Assembly (NCBI GenBank): GCA_036149055.1
Contig: JAYZQJ010000107.1
Coordinates: 1 to 49,013, forward strand
Length of the DNA: 49,013 nt
DNA from: Myxococcota bacterium
GTDB taxonomy: Bacteria; Myxococcota_A; Polyangia; Polyangiales; Sandaracinaceae
Direction of reading: 5' to 3'
Shown here: piece by piece, positions 19,757-29,227 of the stretch
Layout: each line of letters starts with the position of its first letter
How positions within the stretch are numbered: position 1 is the stretch's first letter
Translations under genes and position numbers: made by a program
The notes under the pieces: model-generated
Seen by the model: the letters and a program-made list of their open reading frames with translations, nothing else
Databases searched by the model: none
Told to the model about the DNA's origin: nothing

Positions 19757-21440
19757 CGCGCGACGCTCCGGCAGGAGGCTGCGAACGGGACGCAGGCTGC
19801 GCTCCGAGCACCTGCGCGACGTGCACCGCTCGCAGCGCGATCGGCGCCAGCACGCTGAGCCGCGCCGGCTCCTCGGCGAAGCGGGGCACGGTGTCGGCCC
19901 GAGCTCGGACACGCACGCCCCCGCGGTGCAGCTCGACGTCGAACCCGGCCTCGGAGAGCGCGTCGATCACCGGTCGCGCGGGCGGGAGCTTGGCCTCGCC
20001 GGCTGCGAGCGCGGGCAGCTCGGCGGCCACGACCACCTGAGCTCTGAGCTCCACGTCCTGGCGTCGGGCCCGGAAGCCCTGATCCGGCTCGACCGTCTCG
20101 GCCTCGATCGCGACCGGGAAGCCGGCGATCGACGTCACCACACACGCCTGCGACTCCCCGCCTGCGAGCCGCGCGAGCGGGAACGCGTCGTGCCACCACG
20201 TCCCGACGAACGACTCGAAGACGTCCACTTTCCCGAGCTGCGCAGCGCCGAGCTGCCGGGCGAGCAGCTCCCACCTCGCGCGCCAGCGCTTCGTCGACCG
20301 CGCTCGCTTCACGGCGAGCGCCGCGGCGCCCCCACCCATCATCGCGATCGGGATCCCGAGCACGGCGAGCGCGGGGATGGAGCGCGCGAGCCCGACCGCC
20401 GTCACTACGAGCACGAGGGGCAGCGCCAACACGGCGAGCATGGCGAGGCCGATCGCTCCTCGCTGCATCGACAGCGCGCGATCGATCTCGAGTCGCCGCG
20501 TCCGGACCTCGAGGTCGAGCTCCCCGGCACGCTGGACCGCGGCGCGCGCGGCCTCGAGCAGCCCGCGATCGAGCGCTCGACGCGGGGGGAGCAGCCCACC
20601 TCCGCACGACCCGCACCGGGGCGAGCGGGCGTGCGGGTCGTAACCGCTCGGCGCCCCGCAGTAGACGCAGGACAGCGCCAGCGTCCCGCTCACGTCGCCC
20701 TCCCAGAGCTTCGCTCCCTCCCATTCGACGTCGACGGCGCTCGCCATCGCGGCCAGATCCCTGCGGTGGCGTCGAAGGCGCTGGGCCACATCTGCTGGAA
20801 GCTCCTGCGCAGCTCCGCAGTACGCGCACTCCTCGTTGCCCATCAGCCCCACGAGGCTCTGCGGCGCCCCGCAGGCGCGGCACCTCCACACCTCCGATTC
20901 GATCGATTCGTTTGCCCTCGAGGGCGGCGGGGCATCGGACGCCGACGCCGGAAGGACCGGGTCGTCCACCTCGAGCATCGCGAAGCACGGACGTCCCCCG
21001 TGCCGCTCGATCACGGCGATGGCGTCGTCGAGCTTCTCGTCGAGCCCGCCGAAGTCCAGCTGCGCCGCGAAGCCGCCGAGGGAGAGGTGCGGTCCCTCGG
21101 GACGGGGCACGTAGGCGGCGACCAAGAGGCGCCGCTTGGTCCGCTCGTACGCCCACGCGTACCCGCGATGGACCCCGCTCTCGAAGCTGTCCACCCCACG
21201 GCGGGGCCCGAACGAGGGTGCCGGGCCGCCCCAGTGCCGCCGCAGCCAGGTGACCGTCTCGAGACCCGCGCCGTAGTCCGCGCCGAGGATCCCCAGCGCC
21301 GGATCCGGCCCCGCCCCCGGGTTCGTGTGGGCCGCCTCGCAGCGCGGGCAGAAGACCCAGGCCGCGCTCTCGGCCCCGTCGGTCGGCCAGAACCGATGCT
21401 GACAGCGCGCGCAGCAGAGCTCGGAGAGCAGGAGGGCCAT
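19707..21440 (-). CDS. Membrane protein with several CxxC zinc-ribbon motifs
   Basis: CARC/CPRC, CRAC/CAYC and CVYC/CGSC pairs, two TM helices; the 3' end reads into repeat copy 1. Confidence 0.65.
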   Translation of the reverse strand: MALLLSELCCARCQHRFWPTDGAESAAWVFCPRCEAAHTNPGAGPDPALGILGADYGAGLETVTWLRRHWGGPAPSFGPRRGVDSFESGVHRGYAWAYERTKRRLLVAAYVPRPEGPHLSLGGFAAQLDFGGLDEKLDDAIAVIERHGGRPCFAMLEVDDPVLPASASDAPPPSRANESIESEVWRCRACGAPQSLVGLMGNEECAYCGAAQELPADVAQRLRRHRRDLAAMASAVDVEWEGAKLWEGDVSGTLALSCVYCGAPSGYDPHARSPRCGSCGGGLLPPRRALDRGLLEAARAAVQRAGELDLEVRTRRLEIDRALSMQRGAIGLAMLAVLALPLVLVVTAVGLARSIPALAVLGIPIAMMGGGAAALAVKRARSTKRWRARWELLARQLGAAQLGKVDVFESFVGTWWHDAFPLARLAGGESQACVVTSIAGFPVAIEAETVEPDQGFRARRQDVELRAQVVVAAELPALAAGEAKLPPARPVIDALSEAGFDVELHRGGVRVRARADTVPRFAEEPARLSVLAPIALRAVHVAQVLGAQPASRSQPPAGASRAPRRSAGPRGPTRARC

Positions 21441-21543
21441 GTCTGGGCAAGAAGGCTATCAGGTGCACGCGCGCCTCGCGCGATCGGCCCGGCGTGGAGC
21501 GGCGTGCCTCGAGCTGACGCTCAAGAAATCGAATCGTGTGCGC

Positions 21544-21786
21544 AACCTCCGGCGCGACCCGGCGATGTGATGGCCAACGCGTTCGGGGCCGGGACCGATG
21601 GTCGGGGCCGCTGCGAGCGCATCGCACCGGAGAAGCATCGTGAACATCGACCCCATCGAGCGCCCCCGTCCCTCCCGCCGCGTCCTCCGCGTCCACTTCG
21701 CGCCCCTCGATCTCGCCGCGATCGAGAGGCGCGCCCTCAGCAACGTGCGCGAGTCGGTCCTCGCGGCGCTTCGCTTCGCCGAGGTG
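21544..21786 (+). repeat. 243-bp direct repeat, copy 2
   Basis: Near-identical to 19514-19756. Confidence 0.95.
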
Positions 21787-22171
21787 GAGGCGAGGATCGA
21801 GTCCTCCCTCGAGCCAGCGCCGAGGCGCGACGCGTCCCCAGCCGTGCTCCACGCCACGGCGCCGCTCCAACCGTGATGTCGCTCTCCCGTGCCCTCCGCC
21901 GTGGTGAGGGGATGACGAGCGTGCCGAGCACGAGCGTCGCGGTGATCGTCGGGAGGCTGCACGGCCTCCCGGCGATCATCCACGCGGACGTTCCCGAGTC
22001 GGCCAGACGTCGCGGAACCCCGACCTCGCGACCGCATCACGCGGCCGGTGAGAGTTTCTTCGCCGCCGCAGGAAACCTCCGGCGCGACGGCGCGATGAAG
22101 GTGGCCAAAGCACTCGGGGGTGGGGTCGACGGTCGGGTCCAGCTGCGGGTGCACCGCACTGGAGAGCCATC

Positions 22172-22978
22172 GTGACCATCGAGTTCATCGACTTCATCCG
22201 CCCGCCCCGCCTCAGCACCGAGACGGGCATCCTGCTCGCCATCCGTCTGCTCAACTCCAAGCCCGTCGACCTCGACGAGGCCGAGAAGCGCGCCCTGCGC
22301 AGCGTGCGCAAGACGGTCCTCGAGACGCAGAGCGTCGGCAAGGCCCGCGCGCGGCTGCGTCCCGAGAACCTCAAGGACGAGGACGAGCGCTTCGACGAGC
22401 GCTGGGGCGCCCTCTACTCTCACCTCGAGGGCTGGGCGCGGCTGGAGAACGACCCGCGCGGGGAGCTCGCGCGGGCGCTCCTCGCGACCCTCTTCCCGGA
22501 CGGGCTCGTCTTCTTGACACGGTCCTACGGCGACGAGTGGGTGCAGTCGCAGGAGCGGCTGCAGCGCATCGAGGAGGAGGGCCTCGAGGAGGACCTCGTC
22601 TCCCTCGTGCACCCCGAGCTCCTGCGCGAGGTCCGCAAGGCGCACGACGCGCTCGGCGACGGGCTGGGGGTCGGCGACGAGCCGCTGCCGCCGCTCGAGA
22701 GCCGCGCCATGCTCGACGCGCTCCGCAAGCTCTCGCTCGCCATCAGCGACTACGCGCGCGTCCTCGCTGGCCGCGTGGAGCGCGGCGACGCCGAGAGCGA
22801 GCGTCGCTTCCTCCAGGCGATGGCCCCGCTCGAGGTCCATCGCGCCACCCGCGGCCGCGGCAGCGGCGAGGACGAGGTCGACCCCTCGGTGCCCCCGGCC
22901 GACGACGGCCCCGTCGTCGACGACGATCCCGCCGTGGACCGGCCCGTGCTCGACGAGCCCGTGCCGCCGGTCGGCTGA
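22172..22978 (+). CDS. Hypothetical all-helical acidic protein
   Basis: GGAG RBS with GTG start, strong GC3 bias, acidic Pro-rich tail; its 5' region is homologous to the two repeats. Confidence 0.8.
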   Translation: MTIEFIDFIRPPRLSTETGILLAIRLLNSKPVDLDEAEKRALRSVRKTVLETQSVGKARARLRPENLKDEDERFDERWGALYSHLEGWARLENDPRGELARALLATLFPDGLVFLTRSYGDEWVQSQERLQRIEEEGLEEDLVSLVHPELLREVRKAHDALGDGLGVGDEPLPPLESRAMLDALRKLSLAISDYARVLAGRVERGDAESERRFLQAMAPLEVHRATRGRGSGEDEVDPSVPPADDGPVVDDDPAVDRPVLDEPVPPVG

Positions 22979-23373
22979 GCTCCGCGCGAGCCTCCGGGCT
23001 CGCCAAACGACAGCAGGCCCGAATCCCGCAGCCTCGGGGTCTCGCAGATCGCAGCTTCGAGCGATCTCCGGGGCCTCGAGGCTGCCCTCGTTCATCGAGA
23101 AGAGCGCTTCACCCGACCTGGAGGTCGACCCGAACGAGGATCGGGCCGCGTGATGGGGGCCTCGACGTCGACCCGATCGGGCTCCGGGGCGGACGCCGGC
23201 AGCCCCGAGGTCGGGACCCGGCGCCCCGCAGAGGTTTCGAGGGTACGTCGTGGCTCGCGAATCGAGCCCGCTCCGCGTTCGGGGCACCCCGATGCTCGGA
23301 GAACGAAGGGAAACTCGGTGGACAGACATCACGTGACGCTACATCGTGCATCGGAGCCCGACCGCCCACCTCA

Positions 23374-23406
23374 GACTTGACGAAACCGCAAGTCGCGAGC
23401 AAATCT
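23374..23406 (+). promoter_or_regulatory. TA operon promoter with overlapping operator palindrome
   Basis: TTGACG -35-like box at 23377 inside the inverted repeat GACTTG-N9-CAAGTC (23374-23394), just upstream of ATG 23410. Confidence 0.55.
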
Positions 23407-23409
23407 CTC

Positions 23410-23688
23410 ATGAATGCCCCTCGAGCTTCGGCTGAAGTCCTCTCTGACGCTGCGTCGGCGGCGAGGTGCGGGAACGTGTACACCACGGACCACGCCAGGC
23501 GCCGAATGGACGAACGCAACGTTTCGATGCGTGACGTCCTGACCGCATTGCGGTCGGCAACACAGGCAAGATACGACGACGAGCGCGCGACCTGGAAGCT
23601 CACGGGCGGACAGGACGTCGATGGCGATGGGCTGGACGTCGTGATCAAGACCCCCACCCCCGGGGTCGTGGTCGTGACGGTATTCTAG
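23410..23688 (+). CDS. DUF4258-family putative toxin (RelE-like)
   Basis: 92 aa, T.HARRRM.ER.VS..DV, W...G.D.DG..L.VV, ends VVVTVF. Confidence 0.8.
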   Translation: MNAPRASAEVLSDAASAARCGNVYTTDHARRRMDERNVSMRDVLTALRSATQARYDDERATWKLTGGQDVDGDGLDVVIKTPTPGVVVVTVF

Positions 23689-23696
23689 GAGGAACG

Positions 23697-24197
23697 ATGC
23701 TGAACCAAGGCGACCCGTGCCCGCTCTGCGAAGCGGGGAAGCTGCAGCTTCGAATCCCGGAGCACCGCATCACCATCGGCGGCGTAGATGTGAAGGACCG
23801 CACCGCGACCGCGCTCGTGTGCGATGCGTGCGGCGAGGCCCTCATCACGGCCGCGCAGCGCACCCGCTACGAGCTCCGCGCCGTCGCGCTCATCCTTCGG
23901 GACGGGCGAAAGGTGAGCCCGTCCGTGCTTCGGGCCGCGCGCCGCGCGCTCGGGCTGAAGCAGTCCGAGCTCGCGCAGCTGCTGGAGACCACCGACTCCA
24001 CCATCTCCCGCTGGGAGAACGGCAAGGAGCCCGCTCGGCGTCCCGTGCAAATGGCGCTCGCCCACCTCGCCTCCGATGTGGAGCGCGGGGTGCTCGACCT
24101 CGAGGCGGCGCTCGAGCTGGCGCGGACGAGCCAGCCGCCCGAGCCGCCGTGCCTCGAGGTCGTCAAGCCCGGTCCTGAGCACGACGAAGCCGCCTGA
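23697..24197 (+). CDS. MqsA-like antitoxin (zinc ribbon + XRE HTH)
   Basis: AGGAGG RBS; CPLC...CDACGE zinc ribbon; LRAARRALGLKQSELAQLL....STISRWENG HTH. Confidence 0.85.
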   Translation: MLNQGDPCPLCEAGKLQLRIPEHRITIGGVDVKDRTATALVCDACGEALITAAQRTRYELRAVALILRDGRKVSPSVLRAARRALGLKQSELAQLLETTDSTISRWENGKEPARRPVQMALAHLASDVERGVLDLEAALELARTSQPPEPPCLEVVKPGPEHDEAA

Positions 24198-24274
24198 TCC
24201 GACGGGCGAGTACGAGAAGGCCGGCGGCCGAATCGGGCTTCCAGCCGCCACCATGGCATGGGGAGGACGGTGGG

Positions 24275-24826
24275 ATGGAACAGAGATCGCGGGGGGCCCC
24301 GGGGGCGTGGAGGACCTGGCGGTCTCACCCACTCGCCGCGTGCTTGGCCCTGCTCGTCTCGGCGCCGTCCGCCGCGTCTGCGGACGTGGTCGGCCCGCAC
24401 AGCTGCCCGCCGGGGGCCGTCGCGGGCACCTTCCATCACGGTCGCTATTGCCGTCCGTGGGTATGCACGAGTGATGACGACTGCGGCGGGATCATCCTCA
24501 GCGCGCCGGTGGGCACGACGTTCTCCTGCCGCGCGCTGCCCACTTGCCAGGCCGAAGTCGAGATGGAGACGCGCGACCGCGCGGGCCAGCCCGTCGAGGG
24601 CAGCGTGCGGGTGGCCTATGGTCCGTGCGAGTCGGAAGGGGTGAGCTGTGCGCGCGGCAGCTGTGTGCCCGGCCGCGTCTGTGTCGCCGATTCGTCGGGC
24701 CTCGGCGCCGGTCCGCGCGGAGGGGCCTGTGGAGCGTGCCGCGCGACTGGGGGGAAACCGAGCGGCGCGTGGTCGGTGCTGCCGGTCCTGGTGGGGCTTC
24801 TCGTCGTGACGTCGAGGTCTCGGTGA
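24275..24826 (+). CDS. Secreted Cys-rich protein with MYXO-CTERM-like tail
   Basis: GGAGG RBS, signal peptide ending ASA-D, many Cys, 'GACGAC' followed by a TM helix and a basic end. Confidence 0.6.
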   Translation: MEQRSRGAPGAWRTWRSHPLAACLALLVSAPSAASADVVGPHSCPPGAVAGTFHHGRYCRPWVCTSDDDCGGIILSAPVGTTFSCRALPTCQAEVEMETRDRAGQPVEGSVRVAYGPCESEGVSCARGSCVPGRVCVADSSGLGAGPRGGACGACRATGGKPSGAWSVLPVLVGLLVVTSRSR

Positions 24827-24871
24827 GCATCAACCGGAATCTCACGAACCCTCTCATTATCGCGGCCGAGT

Positions 24872-26122
24872 CTATCCTGCCCTGCCGCCAGGTCCTCCCC
24901 GCCGTGGTCGGAGTCGCCGCACCGCGAGCGCGAGCAAGAAGCAGCCGGCCGCGAGCGCGAGGCCGCGGGTCGCGCTGTGGGTCGAGCTCACTCGCAGCCG
25001 CGGCCGCGCAGGCGAGGGCGCGAGCCGGGAGGCCGCGCTCCCCCAACCGAGCTCGAAGCAACGCGCGGTCGGGCTCAGTGCGCTCATCGGGGTGTCGTCC
25101 TCGTCGAGCGGGACGCACTCGACGTCGACGACCCGGTCACCCTGCAGCTCCCGCGGGGGGACGCGCTCACCCGGCCGGTAGAGGCGGCGGGTGAGGACCT
25201 GGATCCGCCGCGCGTCCGCGAGATGTGAGACGGTTTGCAGGGAGCTGGAGGAGCGGGTGGGCCAACCCAGGAAGAGATGGCCCGAGGTCTCCATCGCCCG
25301 GGCTGCGCCTGCGAGGTCGGCCACCGTCCCGCGGTCGCCCACGAGCAGGGTGGCGTCGTGACGCGCGTCTCCCGCCCACACGAGGCCGCCATCGGTCCAG
25401 GCGCCGACCGTGCCCGGCAGCGAGCCCCCACGTCCAGGCGAGGCCACCTCGAGGTTCAGTCCGGCGCGCTCGGCCACGCGCTCGAGCTGGCTCGCCCGGT
25501 GGCGCCGCTCGCTCGAGGCGAGCCCGGCGAGGGAGAGGGCGCTCAGGAGGAACACGCTCACCACCGGGAGCGCGACCTCACGCGCCCCGCGTTGGCGAAC
25601 GAGGAGCGCGCCGCCGCCGGCGAGGAGCACGCCGGCGAGGAGATCCGCCCCCTCGAGCAAGGGCGCCAGCACCTCGAGGCCGGTCGCGCCGCGCGCGAGG
25701 GCGAGATCGGTCGCGTCCGACGCGAGGCGCGCGAGCGGCCAGCCCGAGAGGCAAGCACAGGCCAACCGCAGCCGGCGGCTGACCGACCAAAGCAGCGCCG
25801 TGGCCAGGGCCGCGCCCGCGATGGGAGCCCAGATTCGTCCATGGTACTCCGCGAGCCAGCCGAGCTCGTCGTACGCATCGGGGGCGGGACCGAGTGGGAT
25901 CAGCAGCTCTCCGACGACCAGCGCCGCGGCGGCCGTGAGCAACAGCGTGAGGTCGCGCGCTGCGGCGCGCCGATCGAGCCAGGCACCGACGGCGCAGCCG
26001 AGTCCGGCCAGCGCTGGGGCCACGCCGTGCAGGAGCCACTCGGTCCACGGCCAGCTGGCGCGCTCGACGGACACGGCGCCGAGACACCACGCCGCGAGGA
26101 TGAGCCACGCGCCGAGCTTCAT
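24872..26122 (-). CDS. Hypothetical multi-pass membrane protein
   Basis: Several hydrophobic segments at the N-terminus and a C-terminal TM with an Arg tail; start uncertain. Confidence 0.5.
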   Translation of the reverse strand: MKLGAWLILAAWCLGAVSVERASWPWTEWLLHGVAPALAGLGCAVGAWLDRRAAARDLTLLLTAAAALVVGELLIPLGPAPDAYDELGWLAEYHGRIWAPIAGAALATALLWSVSRRLRLACACLSGWPLARLASDATDLALARGATGLEVLAPLLEGADLLAGVLLAGGGALLVRQRGAREVALPVVSVFLLSALSLAGLASSERRHRASQLERVAERAGLNLEVASPGRGGSLPGTVGAWTDGGLVWAGDARHDATLLVGDRGTVADLAGAARAMETSGHLFLGWPTRSSSSLQTVSHLADARRIQVLTRRLYRPGERVPPRELQGDRVVDVECVPLDEDDTPMSALSPTARCFELGWGSAASRLAPSPARPRLRVSSTHSATRGLALAAGCFLLALAVRRLRPRRGGPGGRAG

Positions 26123-26172
26123 GCCCAAGGGAGGCGACGGCCCGGCGGGTGCTGCGCTACCCTCGACGTCCG

Positions 26173-26832
26173 ATGTCAACGATTTGGGCACCATTCCGAG
26201 CAGAGGGCGTGGGGCGTTGGCAAACCGAAGCGTACTCCAGCGGCTGGAGTCACACGATCCACTTCAGCTCATTCGCCGGTCTCCTCGATACGATGCGCAC
26301 CCGCCACGGGCTCCGCGGCAACGTGTCGCGCCTCGGGATCGTCGCACACGGCGATCAGGACGGACAAGTGCAGCTGGAGCGCCCTCTCCGTCCCGGATCT
26401 GTGAGCCGGTTCGAGGGTGAGTGGAGGCGGCTGAGGGACTACTACCTCGAGCCGACGGCGCAACTCGTGTTTTTCAGCTGTATCGCCGGCGCTGGCACCG
26501 AGGGCAGTCGCCTGCTCGTCGAGATCTCTCGCCGTCTTCCCGGACGCACGATCATCGGGTTCACGGTCTCGGGCGAGACCTCAGCATCGGAGAACCTGTC
26601 CGCCCTGTCGGCTCAGACCCCGGGACAGGTTCGAGAAGCGCCCCACGGGCACGGCTCCGGCCGCCCGGGTCGCGCCGGTCTGCTCGCCCCTCATCACGTC
26701 GCGGCCAAGTGGGCGCGCAACGGCGCGGTCGTCCGCATACCACCGCTCGAACGCGCGCCGGGGAATCGCTGTGGCAATCCGGAGTGCCCTGGGCACGCGT
26801 TGCCCATCCACTTCTGCGAGGGGTGGGGGTGA
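26173..26832 (+). CDS. DUF4347-like protein (His-Gly...Ser-Cys motif)
   Basis: LGIVAHG...LVFFSCIAG.G..G..LL..IS..LPG..I.GF; C-terminal Cys/His cluster. Confidence 0.55.
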   Translation: MSTIWAPFRAEGVGRWQTEAYSSGWSHTIHFSSFAGLLDTMRTRHGLRGNVSRLGIVAHGDQDGQVQLERPLRPGSVSRFEGEWRRLRDYYLEPTAQLVFFSCIAGAGTEGSRLLVEISRRLPGRTIIGFTVSGETSASENLSALSAQTPGQVREAPHGHGSGRPGRAGLLAPHHVAAKWARNGAVVRIPPLERAPGNRCGNPECPGHALPIHFCEGWG

Positions 26833-26851
26833 CGGTCCTTCGACGGGCGTC

Positions 26852-29164
26852 CTACGCGTGGTCGCTCGTCTCCAGCTGCCTCTCCAGCCAGGCGAGGTCG
26901 GTCTCGAGCTTCTCGCGGCGCGCGCGCTCTCGCGCGAACAGCGCGTCGGTCTTGCGCAGCAGGAGGGTGTACGGCCTGCCCTCTCGTCGGGTCGTGTGGG
27001 TGACCGGGAGGTCGTGTTGGTCGCACTCCCGATGGATGTGCTGGCGCTTGGCCTTGGCGAGCGGCCAGGCGAGGAAGCGTGTCTCGCGGTCCGCGAGGAA
27101 CTCCCCGAGCTCACGGCAGAGCCCGCATCCACACGAGAGCTTCGCGTCGATCGCCCAGTCATCGGGATCACGAATCGGGACCGAGAGCACGCGACGGATC
27201 GCCTTGGCGAGCCCCCGGGTGGCTTTGGGGGCGCCAGCGCGTCTCCACTCGGCGGGGCTCGTCGCCTCGCGCGCCGCGCGCAGGACGTCGACGGCGAAGT
27301 GCAGGCCACCGGGCTCGCGGCTTCCCTCGACGAGGCCGTCGCGGACCGAGCGGGCGACATCCGAGGCGCCGGAGCGGGTCGCCGCGATCCAAACGGCGGC
27401 CTGCGTCTCGCGGTGGGACCCGAGCGCGTCGGTCGCTTGCTCGGCCGAGTGCGCACTATCGAGTGCGGAGCGGATCTCCTCGGCGACGTGCTCGACCTCG
27501 GCCGCGACGCGCGCGCGGAACCAGCCGACGACCGCGCGGTCCGCGGGGAGCGCGGCCGCGATCGCGGGGAGCGCGAGCTGCCACGTCGACCGGTCGCAGC
27601 GCGCCCAGCCTCCCCTCCGATCTCCCCACGCCGCGAAGCGCGCCTCGAGCCACTCCGTGCCGTAGCGCTCGAGCAGCTCGAACAGCGCGGATGGCACCGC
27701 CACGGCCTGGAGCGAGAGCGGCGCGACCCAGCTCGAGGCGAGCTCGGGGTCGTCGAGCGCGCTGGCGACGCGCAGCACGTCGGCGGCCCGCGCGTCGACC
27801 GCGGGCCCCGCGGACCAGTAGGGCAGGATCCGGCTCACCCGCCTGCGGAGCTCGGGGCGATCATCCAGCGCCTCCAACGCGGAGCGAACGGCGTAGAGGG
27901 GGTCTCGCTTCGCGCGCACGATGAAGTCGTTCGCGCGTGGCCAGAGCACGACGGCGGCGCGGCGATACCACCGATCGACGGTGTCGCCCCAGTTGCCCAT
28001 GTAGCCCTCGTGCTCGACCGCATAGGGGGTGAGCTCGTTCGTCGGGCGCGAATAGCAGAGCTCTCCCGGCTCGACGGCGGTCGGGGGAGCGTCCAGCGGG
28101 CGGTCGTCCACGTCGACCCACTCGTCGAGCGACACCGAGGCGTCGTGCAGCTCGATCAGCGGGGGGTGCTCGTCCGGCTCGACGGGGCGAGCGTACTCGG
28201 GGCCGCGCCATCCGCGGGAGTAGCTGTCGTACTCGGGCTCACAGCTCCACTTCTCGAACACCTCGGCGCTCGCGAGGCGCACCTCGAAGCCGCTGGCTGC
28301 GGACACGTCGCGGAGAAGCGCCGCGCGCTTGGCGTCCGCGCCCTTCAAGCGCCTCCAGCTCAGGCTCTGCGGCGTGTACTCGTGGTCGAGGAGAACCACG
28401 AGTCGGTCCGGACACGCCTCCCGCCCTCGCCAGTCGATGGGCACCGGCGTTTCGAAGTGATCTTTCAGGAGCTCGCGCAACGCGTCGGTCGTGCCTCCGT
28501 CGGGGGCGGCGTGCTCGGGGGCGCCTTCGAGGGTCAACGCGTAGGTCAGGGCTACGCGGTTGCCGCGCTCGACGGGGCGCACCTCGTGCTCACAGTCGGC
28601 GTAGAACGCGATGAACGTCAGCTCCCTCTTGGAGCCGCCGCCGACCGTCACCTCCTCCCCCTCGTGGCGGATGACCGAGGCGCCACCCTCGAAGGTCGAG
28701 GGCACGAGCACGACCATCGTCGCGACCATCCCGCTGACCTTCTCTGCATCCCGGTGTGGCAGAAAGAACTGACCCTTCTCGTAGACGAGCATGTCGTGGA
28801 GGTGGGCCTTCAGCCGCGTCCCCGCCGGGAGGCCCAGCTCGCGGTGAGCGCGCTCGAGTGCCGGGGCCATCGTCTTGCGCCACCGGTGCCCGAGCTTCAC
28901 GCGGCTCTTGGCGATCACCCAGGTGTCCCGCACGCTTCGATCGAGCAAGGTCTCTTCGCCGCGCCCGAATCGCGCGGGTCGAGCCACCGAGCGGAGCGTC
29001 CGGACCGTGGCCGCGGGTACCGGGAGCCGGAGAGCACCGACGCCGCGGATCTCCAGCGCGAGGTCACCCGCGGGCGCGCGCCAGTGCGCAGCGAAGGGGC
29101 CGCGCGCCGCGGAGCCGCCCAACAGATCGTGCAGCTCCTCGTGGATGACGGATTCGTCCTGCAT
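26852..29164 (-). CDS. Large 2OG-Fe(II) oxygenase-domain protein
   Basis: LVYEKGQFFLPHRD (HxD), AFYADCEHEVRPV..G.R, EGYMGNWG, C-terminal CGCGLC. Confidence 0.88.
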   Translation of the reverse strand: MQDESVIHEELHDLLGGSAARGPFAAHWRAPAGDLALEIRGVGALRLPVPAATVRTLRSVARPARFGRGEETLLDRSVRDTWVIAKSRVKLGHRWRKTMAPALERAHRELGLPAGTRLKAHLHDMLVYEKGQFFLPHRDAEKVSGMVATMVVLVPSTFEGGASVIRHEGEEVTVGGGSKRELTFIAFYADCEHEVRPVERGNRVALTYALTLEGAPEHAAPDGGTTDALRELLKDHFETPVPIDWRGREACPDRLVVLLDHEYTPQSLSWRRLKGADAKRAALLRDVSAASGFEVRLASAEVFEKWSCEPEYDSYSRGWRGPEYARPVEPDEHPPLIELHDASVSLDEWVDVDDRPLDAPPTAVEPGELCYSRPTNELTPYAVEHEGYMGNWGDTVDRWYRRAAVVLWPRANDFIVRAKRDPLYAVRSALEALDDRPELRRRVSRILPYWSAGPAVDARAADVLRVASALDDPELASSWVAPLSLQAVAVPSALFELLERYGTEWLEARFAAWGDRRGGWARCDRSTWQLALPAIAAALPADRAVVGWFRARVAAEVEHVAEEIRSALDSAHSAEQATDALGSHRETQAAVWIAATRSGASDVARSVRDGLVEGSREPGGLHFAVDVLRAAREATSPAEWRRAGAPKATRGLAKAIRRVLSVPIRDPDDWAIDAKLSCGCGLCRELGEFLADRETRFLAWPLAKAKRQHIHRECDQHDLPVTHTTRREGRPYTLLLRKTDALFARERARREKLETDLAWLERQLETSDHA

Positions 29165-29227
29165 CGCGGCGCAGCATAGCCGGGAGCCCCGTCGATGGAG
29201 CCTGCGTCCGCGCTATGCTCGCTCGCC

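Noticed and set aside
19514..22100. Repeats read as a CRISPR array or IS ends
   Set aside because: Units are 243 bp, direct and contain a gene start; no spacer periodicity, cas genes or transposase.
22120..23409. N-terminal extension of the 522-aa ORF ending at 23688
   Set aside because: Arg/Pro/Gly-rich alternative frame of gene 22172; only the last 92 aa are protein-like.
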